A stretch of DNA of 64,000 nt from Callorhinchus milii (taxonomy: Eukaryota). The stretch spans positions 19,842,001-19,906,000 of the forward strand of contig NW_024704743.1 in the NCBI RefSeq assembly GCF_018977255.1, in the 5' to 3' direction. Positions 51,601 to 61,200 of the stretch are shown here, one piece after another. A program made the position numbers and the translations under genes. Position 1 is the first letter of the stretch. Each line of letters starts with the position of its first letter. The notes beneath the pieces are model-generated. The model made no database searches and was not told where the DNA came from. It saw only the letters and a list, made by a program, of their open reading frames with translations.

Positions 51601-53334
51601 AGATGTGGGTACGGAATTTGGTCGGGGTCAGTATCCGGGCGGCAGAATTCTGAATGAGCTGTGTAAACTTTTGAATGAAGTAGATGTTCCAATTCTGTAC
51701 AAACTCATTGATGTTTACTGATTAGCACAAGTTTACACAGCAAGAATATAATAATAATCCTTACATTTTGTTCAGCACATTTTAGGTCAGGATGTCATCT
51801 CAAAGCACTTCACAGGATGTACTGTAAAGTGCAGTGACTGTGTTTCGTAGGCAAAATGCAAGCAGCAAATTTGCACATAGAAATGCTACACAACAAGCAC
51901 AAAGTAAATGACTAATTTTATTTGGGAGATGGTTGTCCAGGATTGGGAGAAACTCCTTTTGCTTTTCAAATGGTCATAGGATCTTTAATATCACCTGGAC
52001 AGGCAGACAAGACCTTGGTTTATCATCTCAGGATTGGCACCTCCAACAATGCAGTACATCCCAGCCTTGCACTGGAGAGTCGGCTGAGGCTGTGATTTCA
52101 AAGACCTGACATGGGGCTTGAATCCGCAACCTACTGACTCAGAGGCGAGAGTGCTACTAACTGAGGCAGACTCACACCCTTTTAAGATATAACATCATTT
52201 ACAACAATCCATCACAAATAGACACAAACTGAATGAAATAACTGCAGATTCAGACAGGCCTACATTTCTCAGGAACTTAATTAATGGTAAGGCCATTGCC
52301 TTAAAATTTAAGCTTGCACTGAAGAACTTATCCTAAAGCGTAGTATTAATTTTGAAGCATGTTTTCTCTGCAAAACTGGCTTCAGGATCAAGACTGATTT
52401 AAGATTTAAGATTTTTTTCTAGAATCTCTGCACAATTGTAAATTTAAGAGAATAGTTTAAAGGATAAAATTGTGAGGTTTTTCAGGTTTCTGGCACTTTA
52501 ATCACCATAATCATAAAGTGTCTTGGGCTTGTAATGAGCAGAGCTTAACAAATGCAGTAGATGCTTCACTTGCCTAAGTAAACCCAGAGGGAAGCTGCAG
52601 TATAATTGGTATCTTGATATATAACCCTATTAGGACACAAGTCATCATCAGTCATCATCCAAGATTAATTTAGAATGATTTCACAAGCAGCTCACCTCAG
52701 AAATGAGAGCAGTTGCATTTTTCATACATTGCTGCTGAGGTGTGTCCGGGACAAAGGTAAACTTGCCTTTTGACTTTACGTGCTCTTCTTTGTATTTAAT
52801 CTGAAAAGCCAAACATGCAACTCAAAAGTAATACAAAAACACAACAACTTACATTCATATAGCAGTCTTCACATGGGGTAGAGTCTTAGAGCACTGAACA
52901 TTTGCGAACTTGACACCGAACCAGAAACTATCGTAACACAACATCATCGATCCCATCAAGTCAGTATTTGAAGGAGTCTCAGTAATTCATCGCATTTATG
53001 TAATGACATACTAAGTGATGATTATCAATTTCCTAATAGTATCTCTAAACCAAAAAGAATGTTGACTTCATGTATTTAATCAAGATTCTGCATAGAAACC
53101 AGCTGAAATACTTACATCACTTATCTGGTCACTGCATTTCTTAGCAAATTCAATGCCCCTGTCTTCCACAAAGGGTTTACCAAACGCCTGAAAAGAAAAC
53201 AAATATGGGTTCAATAGCTTTCCTTCAACGGACACTTAACATACAACTTTAAGATCAGTTTGTGGTTCATTAACCTCCTCCTGTTCCTCAGTTCCCTCTT
53301 CTTCTCTAGAATCGTAAATAACATGCATCCTCAT
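9442..53334 (-). CDS. NEBL: Nebulette (nebulin family, sarcomeric Z-disc actin-binding protein), spliced CDS of 28 exons, about 1005 aa
   Basis: Hand-assembled exons with compatible phases. Repeating S..|..YK nebulin modules, then [34 protein letters not shown]...[14 protein letters not shown] and SH3. The short acidic N-terminus and module order match nebulette as I recall it, not giant nebulin. Confidence 0.93.
10381..10499 (-). CDS. NEBL: NEBL exon 27: (A)[39 protein letters not shown]
   Basis: 119 nt, phase 1-0; GTGAGT donor; NEBL/LASP2-type linker. Confidence 0.93.
13097..13240 (-). CDS. NEBL: NEBL exon 26, Ser-rich: (E)[47 protein letters not shown]
   Basis: 144 nt, phase 1-1; ctgtag / GTACAT. 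Confidence 0.88.
16904..16996 (-). CDS. NEBL: NEBL exon 25: (E)[30 protein letters not shown]
   Basis: 93 nt, phase 1-1; conserved nebulin/nebulette linker motif. Confidence 0.95.
17515..18110 (-). mobile_element. Degenerate CR1 LINE fragment
   Basis: RDLRV...[12 protein letters not shown] in ORF 17781..18047, plus a CR1-like 3' end. Confidence 0.72.
19155..19329 (-). CDS. NEBL: NEBL exon 24: [58 protein letters not shown]
   Basis: 175 nt; last repeats plus start of linker; ends phase 1, GTAAGT donor. Confidence 0.95.
19871..19975 (-). CDS. NEBL: NEBL exon 23: [35 protein letters not shown]
   Basis: 105-nt module; ctgcag / GTACAG. Confidence 0.92.
20616..20708 (-). CDS. NEBL: NEBL exon 22: [31 protein letters not shown] (GC donor)
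   Basis: 93-nt module; caatag acceptor; TCG|GCAAGT donor. Confidence 0.85.
21019..21111 (-). CDS. NEBL: NEBL exon 21 (tandem copy D): [31 protein letters not shown]
   Basis: 93 nt; only synonymous differences from A and B; TCC|GTGTGT donor. Confidence 0.85.
21564..21656 (-). CDS. NEBL: NEBL exon 20 (tandem copy C): [31 protein letters not shown]
   Basis: 93 nt; two amino-acid differences from copies A, B and D. Confidence 0.85.
22284..22376 (-). CDS. NEBL: NEBL exon 19 (tandem copy B): [31 protein letters not shown]
   Basis: 93 nt; same splice signals as copy A. Confidence 0.85.
22987..23079 (-). CDS. NEBL: NEBL exon 18 (tandem copy A): [31 protein letters not shown]
   Basis: 93-nt short module; tttgacaag / GTGTGT. 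Confidence 0.85.
24578..24950 (+). mobile_element. tRNA-derived SINE, full length
   Basis: Same head, body and tail as 26281-26600. Confidence 0.87.
25070..25174 (-). CDS. NEBL: NEBL exon 17: [35 protein letters not shown]
   Basis: 105-nt module; tttcag / GTAAGT. Confidence 0.9.
26175..27085 (-). mobile_element. CR1 LINE 3' fragment, interrupted by a SINE
   Basis: [29 protein letters not shown]...[14 protein letters not shown]; the 3' UTR ends in TTCTTATG-type repeats at about 26175. Confidence 0.92.
26281..26600 (+). mobile_element. tRNA-derived SINE with L2-like tail
   Basis: A box TAGCTCAGTGG, B box GTTCAATTCC; body gctgtgcgcaattggctgcc; (ATT)n tail. Confidence 0.88.
27711..27815 (-). 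CDS. NEBL: NEBL exon 16: [35 protein letters not shown]
   Basis: 105-nt module; CAG / GTATGT. Confidence 0.93.
27923..28027 (-). CDS. NEBL: NEBL exon 15 (donor non-canonical): [35 protein letters not shown]
   Basis: Exact 105-nt intact module with a good acceptor (ctctgtcttag), but the expected donor reads CAG|ATAGGC. Confidence 0.6.
29253..29363 (-). CDS. NEBL: NEBL exon 14: [37 protein letters not shown]
   Basis: 111-nt module; CAG / GTCAGT. Confidence 0.92.
30038..30148 (-). CDS. NEBL: NEBL exon 13: [37 protein letters not shown]
   Basis: 111-nt module; CAG / GTGAGC. Confidence 0.92.
31035..31145 (-). CDS. NEBL: NEBL exon 12: [37 protein letters not shown]
   Basis: 111-nt module; CAG / GTAACT. 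Confidence 0.92.
31735..32040 (+). mobile_element. CR1-like LINE fragment
   Basis: Encodes [17 protein letters not shown]...RTRGH...[10 protein letters not shown]. Confidence 0.78.
32436..32543 (-). CDS. NEBL: NEBL exon 11: [36 protein letters not shown]
   Basis: 108-nt module; CAG / GTGAAG. Confidence 0.92.
32646..32750 (-). CDS. NEBL: NEBL exon 10: [35 protein letters not shown]
   Basis: 105-nt module; TAG / GTACAG; followed by a 102-nt intron containing one N (32603). Confidence 0.92.
33770..33928. repeat. Inverted repeat, arms about 65 bp; possible Penelope-like terminal repeat remnant
   Basis: 33770-33835 is the approximate reverse complement of 33863-33928. The family label is from recall only. 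Confidence 0.75.
35205..35309 (-). CDS. NEBL: NEBL exon 9: [35 protein letters not shown]
   Basis: 105-nt module; CAG / GTGAGT. Confidence 0.92.
35972..36079 (-). CDS. NEBL: NEBL exon 8: [36 protein letters not shown]
   Basis: 108-nt module; CAG / GTGAGC. Confidence 0.92.
36493..36862 (+). mobile_element. tRNA-derived SINE, full length
   Basis: Same family. Confidence 0.85.
39998..40102 (-). CDS. NEBL: NEBL exon 7: [35 protein letters not shown]
   Basis: 105-nt module; CAG / GTAAGC. Confidence 0.93.
41517..41618 (-). CDS. NEBL: NEBL exon 6: [34 protein letters not shown]
   Basis: 102-nt module; TAG / GTAAGG. Confidence 0.92.
41838..42855 (-). mobile_element. L2 LINE 3' fragment, about 1 kb
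   Basis: [40 protein letters not shown] in shifted frames; (TTG)n tail. Confidence 0.92.
43706..44282 (+). repeat. Unclassified interspersed repeat, about 580 bp; most complete copy
   Basis: Homologous segments at about 2450-2715(-), 15372-15790(+), 20088-20200(+), 21828-22160(-), 22530-22875(-), 35420-35810(+), 39280-39430(-) and 47505-47880(-). Confidence 0.8.
48362..48472 (-). CDS. NEBL: NEBL exon 5: [37 protein letters not shown]
   Basis: 111-nt module; AG / GTAAGT; lies within ORF 48332..48553. Confidence 0.93.
49478..49588 (-). CDS. NEBL: NEBL exon 4: [37 protein letters not shown]
   Basis: 111-nt module; AG / GTATGA. Confidence 0.93.
50544..50945 (+). mobile_element. tRNA-derived SINE, full length, with a short internal duplication
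   Basis: Same family; the aacccgg...ttagtc.attggc segment occurs twice. Confidence 0.87.
51280..51660 (-). mobile_element. L2-type LINE fragment (different subfamily)
   Basis: [16 protein letters not shown] motif. Similar short remnants at about 20320-20560(+), 28615-28920(-), 50385-50545(+) and 61210-61550(-). Confidence 0.75.
51748..52170 (-). mobile_element. DeuSINE-like element (tRNA head, Deu-like core, L2-like tail)
   Basis: Core tgcattgttggaggtgcc...gagatgataaaccaagg resembles the Deu domain as I recall it. Related copies at about 630-1000(-), 4180-4540(-), 15803-16195(-) and 57070-57260(+). Confidence 0.7.
52696..52800 (-). CDS. NEBL: NEBL exon 3: [35 protein letters not shown]
   Basis: 105-nt nebulin module; AG / GTGAGC. 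Confidence 0.93.
53116..53187 (-). CDS. NEBL: NEBL exon 2: [24 protein letters not shown]
   Basis: 72 nt; ttttcag acceptor, GTAAGT donor. Confidence 0.9.
53275..53334 (-). CDS. NEBL: NEBL exon 1 coding part: [20 protein letters not shown]
   Basis: ATG at 53334 and an acidic N-terminus. Donor GAG|GTTAAT gives an 87-nt intron. An alternative phase-0 donor GTT|GTATGT (exon end 53245) would leave a 57-nt intron, so the 3' boundary is uncertain. Confidence 0.75.
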
Positions 53335-53444
53335 TTTTTTAAAATAAAAAGCTAATTAAAAGGACAGGAGCACACAATCCCACACAAATGCTTCACTGCC
53401 CCCAACTACTCTGCATTAATGTATTCTCCAGTGCGTTTCCTGTG

Positions 53445-53550
53445 GCATGGCTTATCAAGACTCCGTACTAATTTAGAAACCACTTGATAAGCTGATGGCT
53501 TTTATCTTAAGAATTTAATACAAGTGAATGGGAAACTTTGCAGATGGCTC
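53445..53550 (-). promoter_or_regulatory. Candidate cardiac proximal promoter of nebulette (3 GATA motifs, NKX2-5-type TCAAGTG, E-boxes)
   Basis: cttatca 53451, cacttgataa 53481 (NKE overlapping TGATAA), tttatct 53501, caagtg 53521, cagatg 53541. Confidence 0.45.
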
Positions 53551-54524
53551 GAGTGACTCCTCTGTGTGGCCACGTTTCTAAATTGTGTTTCTGCATCCTC
53601 CCTAAACTCTGTCACCATGAGTTACAGAATTAAAATGCAAGATTTAATTAAGTTCTGTAAGACTAAACAATTCAGATCCGATTGCCATGCTGCCAAACTT
53701 AAAAGAACTCCAAAGAACAAAAGAGGCATGAGAGAATTTCATTACTTTGGAATGAGTGTTGTCAATCTGCGGAACATTGTTATCTGAAGGTTGCTGCATA
53801 TTCTATTCAATTTAGGTGGCAAGTGTGCACCCTGCACACACCAACACTGAATATTTTATATGAATGTTCATTATTTTACTTTGACAAACAGATATGTTGT
53901 GATCTATGCAAATCTTCTTTTGACTTTATTGCTTTTCATAAAACTCACAAATGACTGAAACGTTTCAAAAATGTCAATTCGCTTATACTGCTTCAACATG
54001 ACTTCAACATCTATGCCATCACATTCTTGCACTGCTATCTAATATTATCACTATACCCTTTCAGAAACAATGTACCAAAGTTAGTGACGTGCTAACTGCT
54101 GGCAATTTTGTGCAGTGCACTAATGTTCACTGAAACTAGATGCATAGGGTAGAATGATTTGACTCTGTAAGGCTACACGTGAAACATGGTTAAACTTTTT
54201 TTTTACTCAAAAATATCTTGACTTTAATAATATTAAAAATGGTCTCTTAGAAATTCTTTTAGGCTATGCATGGATACCAAGAATTTGGAAGGTATATTTG
54301 AGCAGAGACAGAATCCAGTTACATCAGATATATTTATAGGCAATTTTCTAGTGAAACCATCCCCTCAAAACACTTTTTCTGTAAATAATAGATTAAGTTT
54401 CTTTCGACTTTAAGAATATAGTGCTTCAGCGCTTTGGGACATCCTCCCAGCGTGAAAGGTGCTCTATAAATGGAATTTTGTTGTTATTGTTGTATAGTGC
54501 TCATCATTTCTTCTGATAATCTTC

Positions 54525-54940
54525 ACTACTCTGTTTACCTAGCAGTGAGTAGGAATCCGTTTGTTAGTCGATTGGCGGATCATTTTCCGAGGGTAATATT
54601 CCCTTGAAAAGTACATATTTTTAAATTTCTAAAGGATAGAGGTATTAAGGGATATGGGGATAAGACAGGCAGACGGAGTTAGATTAGAAGATCAGCCATG
54701 ATCTTATTGAATGGCGGGGTAGGCTCGAAGGGCTGAATGGCCTACTCCTGCTCCTAATTCCTATGTTCCTAAATTTGGTCACTCAATCCATGACTGTTTG
54801 TGGGACACTGCTCTGCGCAAATGGCTGCCGCATTTTGCTAAAACAAATACATCAATTCACTTCACGGTATATTCTGTGAAGTGCTTTGAGACGTCTCGAT
54901 AACTCGATACAGTGCTATATCAAACGTGAGGATTATTATT
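54525..54940 (+). mobile_element. SINE interrupted by a CR1 3' end (54629-54769)
   Basis: The SINE body resumes after the CR1 tail; TAAATTT flanks the insert on both sides. Confidence 0.82.
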
Positions 54941-55017
54941 GTTATTACAAATGCTGGTCCAAAGACATTGATTTATTTCAATTGTGGTCAGCCAGGTGTT
55001 TCACATGAGGACCCCAA

Positions 55018-56000
55018 CATCAACAACAACAACAACACAATTACATTTGTATAGAGCTTTTCACATCAGGAGGACGTCCCAAGGCTCTGGACAGTCAGTG
55101 TTTGAGACGTGAGCTGGGGGCTGGGATCGGGGAGGGTGGAGGGCAGGGATGATGATCGAAGGCAGGGTCAAGAGGAAGGTCTTGAGATGGGTCTTGAAGT
55201 AGGCAAGGAAGAGGGCGAGGCAGAGGGTATCCCAGACCTTGGGATGGAGTTCCAGAGGGTGGAGGCAGAGTGACCGCCCCGTTAGTGGTGGGGCAGGCAA
55301 GGCGGGAAACGTGAAGCAGGCCGGAGCCCACTGAGCAGAGAGAGTGGGCAGGTTGGTAGGGGGTTAGGCGGTGGCAGAGATAGGGGGGAGTGAGGCCATG
55401 GAAGGCTTTGAAGTTGAGGACCAGGATCTTGAACTATATCCTCTGTGTAATGGGAAGCCAGTGGAGTCGGCGAGGATGGGGATGAGCATGGAGCCTGGTG
55501 TGGGAGAGGACACGGGCTGCAGAGTTCTAGATGATCTGCAGCCTATGGAGGGAGGAGTTGGGGGCGACTGGCCAGCAGAGAGTTTGCATAGTCAAGCCTG
55601 GATGTTATAAATGCATGTATGAGGGTCTCAGTGGCCTGCAGTGTGAGACAGTGGCGGAGTCGGGCGATGTTGCGGAGATGGGGGAAAGGCAGAGCGGGTC
55701 ATGGAAAGGATGTGGGGTAGAAAGGATAGTTGAGGGTCAAACAAGACACCTGGGCTCCAGACTGGCTCAGTAAGGTGGAGTGTGCATCCTTGGATGGTGA
55801 TGCTGTCAGCACCTGAGTGGAGGCGCTGACGGAAGCCAATCAGAAGAGCCTCGGCCTTGTTGAGGCTCCACTGAAGAAAGTTAGTTCTCATCCAGGACTT
55901 GATGTCTGACAGAGGGTCCTGGAGTCAAGGGTGGAGGCAGAGATATAGAATTGGGTGTTGACCCCATGTCTGTGGACGATGTCACCAAGAGGGAGCATGT
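55018..56000 (-). mobile_element. L2 LINE 3' fragment, about 1 kb
   Basis: Colinear with 41838-42855; (TTG)n tail. Confidence 0.9.
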
Positions 56001-56039
56001 TCAAGTTAAAATGCAAATTAATTAATTGATTAATTCGAA

Positions 56040-57030
56040 GAACAGCATTCTTTGTGCTTGCCCTTCACGCAGGATAGTGTCTCAAGAGCACTTAACAGTG
56101 GCAGAGCCTAAAGCCGAGCTGGGGGGAGAGAGGAAATGACTTTGAGCACGTCAAAGAGGAAGGTCTTTCGTCATTATCTAAAAAAGGGGAAGGATGAGGC
56201 AAGGCAGAGGGTCTGGGGGAGAGTTCCAAAGCTTCAGGGAATAGTGGCTGAAGGTGCGGTCGCCGCTGGTGGAGCAAAGTGGAAGAAGGACAAGCAGGAG
56301 ACCAGAGCCAGCCGAGCAGAGGTGAGGTGAAGGCATCGTCAAAAAGCAGGATCTTGAGTCGTGCCTTGAAGGAAGCAAGTGAGAGAGCAAGGCGAAGGGA
56401 TTGTGGGATGGAATTCCAAAGAGTGGGGGCAGGGAGACTGAAAGCCCAGCCACCGAGGGCAGGAGACCTGGAGCAGGCCAGAGCCTCCTGAGCAGAGGGA
56501 GTGGACAGGTTGATGGGGGGGGGGGGGGGGCGTGGAGTCATCAGGTCAGAAATGTAGGAAGGGACAAGGCCATGGAGGGCCTTAAAAGTGAGGACGAGGA
56601 TTTTGAATTCTATCCTCTGAGGGATGGGGAGCCAGTGGTGCTGAGCGAGGATGGGGTCACGGAGCCTGGTGCAGGAGAGAACACGAGCTGCAGCTTGTGA
56701 AGGGAAGAGTTGGGGAGGCCGACAAGGAGGAAGTTTCCACAGGTGACGAATGCGTATGTGAGGGTTTCGATGCCCTGAGGGGTGGGGCAGTTGCAGAGTC
56801 GGGCAATGTTGTGGAGGTGTGGGAGTTAGAATGGGGCATGGCATGGATACGGGGAAGAAATAAAAGTTGAGGGTCAAACTAGATGCCCATGTTCCTAACT
56901 GGCTTGGTGAGGTGGTGTGTGCAACTATGGTTGCTGATGCTGCCAGTGCCTGAGGTGCTGAGGCCCTGGCGCGAGCCAATCGGGGGCGTCTCAGTCTTGC
57001 TGACATTTGGCTGTAGAAAGTTGGCTCAAC
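56040..57030 (-). mobile_element. L2 LINE fragment(s), composite
   Basis: HHWLPIPQRIEFKILVLTFKALHGLVPSYISDL...APTLWNSIP in ORF 56092..57006. Confidence 0.88.
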
Positions 57031-57284
57031 TCATAGCTCTCACCTGGAGATTGATAGGTTTTAGCTTCAAGCCTCAAATTTAGAGCTTCACCTCATAGTC
57101 TAAGCTGACAGTCCGGTGCATGCTGGAGAAATGATGCACTGTTGGAAGTGCTGTCCTTCAGATGAGATGTTAAACTGAGGTCCCAGCTGCTTTTTCAGGA
57201 GGACTTTAAAGATTCCATGGTACTATTCGACAAAGAGAAGAGTTTCTCCAAGAGTCTGCGCCAAAAACCTTCCATATAAATTGG

Positions 57285-58260
57285 TCAGGGCTCTGTCCTT
57301 GGTCCTCTCTCTTCTTCAACATGTACATGCTTCTTCTTGGTGACATTATCCGCAGATATGGAGTCAACTTCCACATGTATCCGCAGACATGGAGTCAACT
57401 TCCACCTCTATCTCTCTGCCTCCACCCTCGACTCCAGGACCACTGCTGTCCTGACAGAATGTCTGTCAGACATCAAGTCCTGGATGAAAGCAAACTTTCT
57501 CCAGTTGAATGTCAACAAGACCGAAGCTCTTCTGTTTGGCTCCTGTCAGCTCAGGCACTGGCAGCAACACCGTCCACAAATTTTTTACCCCACACCTGTG
57601 CCACGGTCCGCTCTGCCTTCTCCGACCTCTGCAACATCGTCCGGCTCCACCACTGCCTCTCCCCTCAGGCCTCCAAAACCATCATCCATGCATTTATCAC
57701 ATCTTAGGCTCGACTACGCCAACTCCCTGATTGTCGGCCTTCCCAACTCTTCCCTCCCCAAGCTGCAGATCATCCAGAACTCTGCAGCTTTTGTCCTCTC
57801 CCGCATTGGGCTCCGTTACCCCTATCACCCCCACCCGGCTCCCTGGGTCCCCATCCCCCAGAAGATAAGAGTTCAAAATCCTCATCCTGGCCTTCAAGGC
57901 CTTGCTCTTTCCTAACTCTATGATCTGCTAACCCCATATCCACCTGTCCGCTCCCTCCGCTCAGCAGGCTTCAGCCTGCTCCTCATCCCCCATGATGCCC
58001 GCCACATCACTGGTGGTTGGGCCTTTAGCTCCTCTGCCCCTACTCTCTGGAACTCAATCCCAGTCCCTTCGCCTCGCTCCCTCCCTTGCCTCCTTCAAGG
58101 CTCGTCTCAAGACCTTCCTTTTCGACCACACTTTTGCCACCTCCCACACCTCCTGATCCCAAGCCCCTGTTTGGGTCCAAATCCCTGACTATCCAGGCCT
58201 TGAGACATCTTCCCAATGTGAAAGGTGCTATACAAATATAATTTGTTGTTGTTGTTGTTG
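57285..58260 (+). mobile_element. L2 LINE 3' fragment, about 1 kb
   Basis: QGSVLGP-type start, [31 protein letters not shown]; (TTG)n tail. Confidence 0.92.
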
Positions 58261-61200
58261 TCAGCTACTTCTTGCTCATTTTAGCATCTTGTGCTATGTA
58301 CAAAATAGCTGCTGTGATTTTCTATACAGTCACTATACTTGACAACAAATATCTGTGAAGCACTCTGAGATGCGATAAGGCCATCACATCTAAGTCCAAA
58401 AAGGTCTGAGGTTCAATCTTTTCTACAGAGTCAACTAATCTGCGAAGGGTGCAGTTAAGATGCTGCAATTAGCTTTAGCTCCCAGGGTTTAAGATGAGAA
58501 AATCAGCCAGGGTTTCTCTTCCTGATCATGCTATTCAGTAGCCCCTACTGAAAGTCCACGTTTGGAGACACTTTCCCCAACTGTAGTAAAGTGAGCTGTT
58601 TAGCTCATTTTTGGTTCAATGAACCTATTACCCATATTATGTCCAATAAGGCATTTCCTTACCCGAATCTTCTTACACTGCGAGTAAGGAGAATGAACGT
58701 CAAATTAATTAAAATGGTCAGGTTAGACATTTTGGGATTCAGTTTTTGTCTCAGTTTAGAGGGCTAGGAGATTAAAGATCTTTGTGCTGTTATTGTACAG
58801 CATGGGAGGTCTATAGTGGAGTTTCTACTCGACTCATTGAAGCAGTAGTGTTGTATTTCAGCTGTTATTTTTGGAAAGAGGGAATAAGTACAGTAGTTGT
58901 CAAAGCTGGAACAGTTTAAATATTCCTTGGGGAAAGGGATTTCTGCTGCATTTTTATAGTATATCTTTGTTTATTGTTACTGCTGCTGTATGTTTTGAGA
59001 CTGTCCTGGGTCCAGAGTGGGAAGTCAAAATACTTCACTCACATGCCTTGCTGAAGGTAGGGGCAATACACGTGTGTACTTTATACACAAATGAATGTTT
59101 AAATCTCTTTTTTTTTAAAAAGACAGTTGAAGAACAAGTTGCATATGTAATTTGAAAAGTAAATTTATAAACGTTTAGGAAGTTTGCAGGAAAGGGTAAT
59201 GCAACAAGAAATGGAGCCATATCATTCACAGGGACAGAAAGTTGACAGTTTTAGTACCAATTTACTTTACAGTATATTCTGTGAAGCCCTTTGAGACGGC
59301 TTGAAGATGAGATAAGGCGCTTTATCAAAAGTAAGGATTATTATTATATTATTACATTATAAAGTGATTGGCATTGCTCTATTTTTAACAATAATAATAA
59401 TTGTATTCACTTATGGAGTCAAAAATGGATTGCTTCAAATAGTTTGGCTAATTATCAAATTTGTTATTGAACCTGTTATGAATCATTGCAATTTTCCTAC
59501 TTCTAAAGCTTACCTGCAGGTTATTCTGACCTCGTGCAATGCTATGGTCCAAAGATTTACATGATGTTATTTTGTTTTCAATGGACGATGACCATCGAGG
59601 GTATTAGGAAACCCAGGTGGTGAAATAATGAGCTTTAATTTGTGACATTTTATAACTATCGGAATGATAATTTAAGTTGCCAATAGTTGCTGAACATTAT
59701 TTGCAATCTTCGGTGTCAAACGCTAAATGACCACAAGGTGGCGGTGCCCCTTCCTCTGAGAAAGGCGTCTCCTGACTTTCAGATCGGGATGGACGCCAAT
59801 GTTTGATTTATATCAGAGATAAAATGTATTCCAAATTACAGCTGTAATTGACTTCGAAATTAATTCCTTGCTTTCACAATCTTGAGAATTGTAGCGCAGT
59901 CAGCACTCTCCCCACTTCAGGGATCACTCTTTACCCAGCAGCCGTCCTGAGCTCAGAACCTCAAACTCAATTAGCTAAAGGGTAACTTCTGGGTCGGGGA
60001 GAGTAATTGTATAGCAATTAACAAGATTATGGCACAAGTCATTAATTTACAAGAAGTCTATCTGTTTTCTAAATGAGAGCATGCTCACCTCTGTTAACCT
60101 CTCCTTATAACATCAAGTTCTAAGTCCTGCATTCACCCTTGTTGTGAGGTAGGTTGTCGATACCTTTTGCGTTGCAAATGTGGTCTCAACAGTGCCTTGT
60201 ACAAAGTGCAACCTGGCATCTGAGTAGCCTCCTTCCTATCAGCTGCATACGGATTAGACAGATTCAACGAATGACCGACAATCAAATACACAGTCAATCC
60301 ACTTTACAGTATATCCTGTGAAGCGCCTGGAGACATCTCAATCACATGTTAAGGCCCTATATCAAATGGAAGGATTATTATTTATTATTTAATCAAACCA
60401 AAATATCATGTTTCACTCCTGCATATACTTGCTTAATGGTGACACCAAAGAACCTTTTCTTGTTTAAATAGCCTTTACTTTCAGATTTACTAAGACAGCA
60501 GAACAAGTAGGCTCATATTCAGGGTTGCAAAGGCCAATTTCAGGACAAGCACCAGGAGATTTTTTTCACATGCAGAGAATATGGAATACCCTGCTGGGAG
60601 CGGAGGTTGAGGCAGCATCCACATTGCCCATCAAAAGGGAACTAGGTAAATATCTTAAATCAGTAAATGGGACTGAAAGGATTGCTCTTAAGGGAGCCAG
60701 CACAGGCATGATGGGCCAAAGGCTGCCATCTATGCTGTACATTTCTCTGGTTCTAAGTACTTCTTTACAATGAGAAATTAATATCTGAAACAGATTGCGA
60801 GGAAGAGTAATTGAGGCCAGGATCCTGGATTAATTTAAGAAACAGCTTGATGCTGTAAGGGGAGATGGTAGGGTTGGTGTTCTGTAAGGATAATATCAAG
60901 TGAGTCAAATGACCTTCTTCATCCAAATTTTTCGTGGGATCTCGTGACATCAGGTGAGGAAACAATCCCCCTGTGATCAAACAGTCTGTCAAGGCTCAGA
61001 CGGACTGCAAAGCACCCAGCACCTACTGAGCTCCACTTCAAAAGAAATAAAACAATCCAGGAAAAGTGAGGGAGAGAGGAAAATGTACCATTAAAATGAT
61101 CCAGTTCATCTGCCTAATTGTCAGTTCCCCCATAAAAATTTACTGCTGTAATCTCTCTACGTTTCATTAAACAATTTATCTTGATTAGATTTAAATGGAG

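Noticed and set aside
53465..53478. MEF2-like CTAATTTAG near the promoter
   Set aside because: One base short of the YTA(A/T)4TAR consensus
56092..57006. 304-aa ORF, the longest in the window
   Set aside because: Mosaic of frames from degenerate L2 ORF2; not an intact gene
59508..59570. Strong minus-strand donor CAG|GTAAGC upstream of exon 1
   Set aside because: No LIM or nebulin-like frame and no convincing acceptor; a non-coding exon cannot be supported from sequence alone
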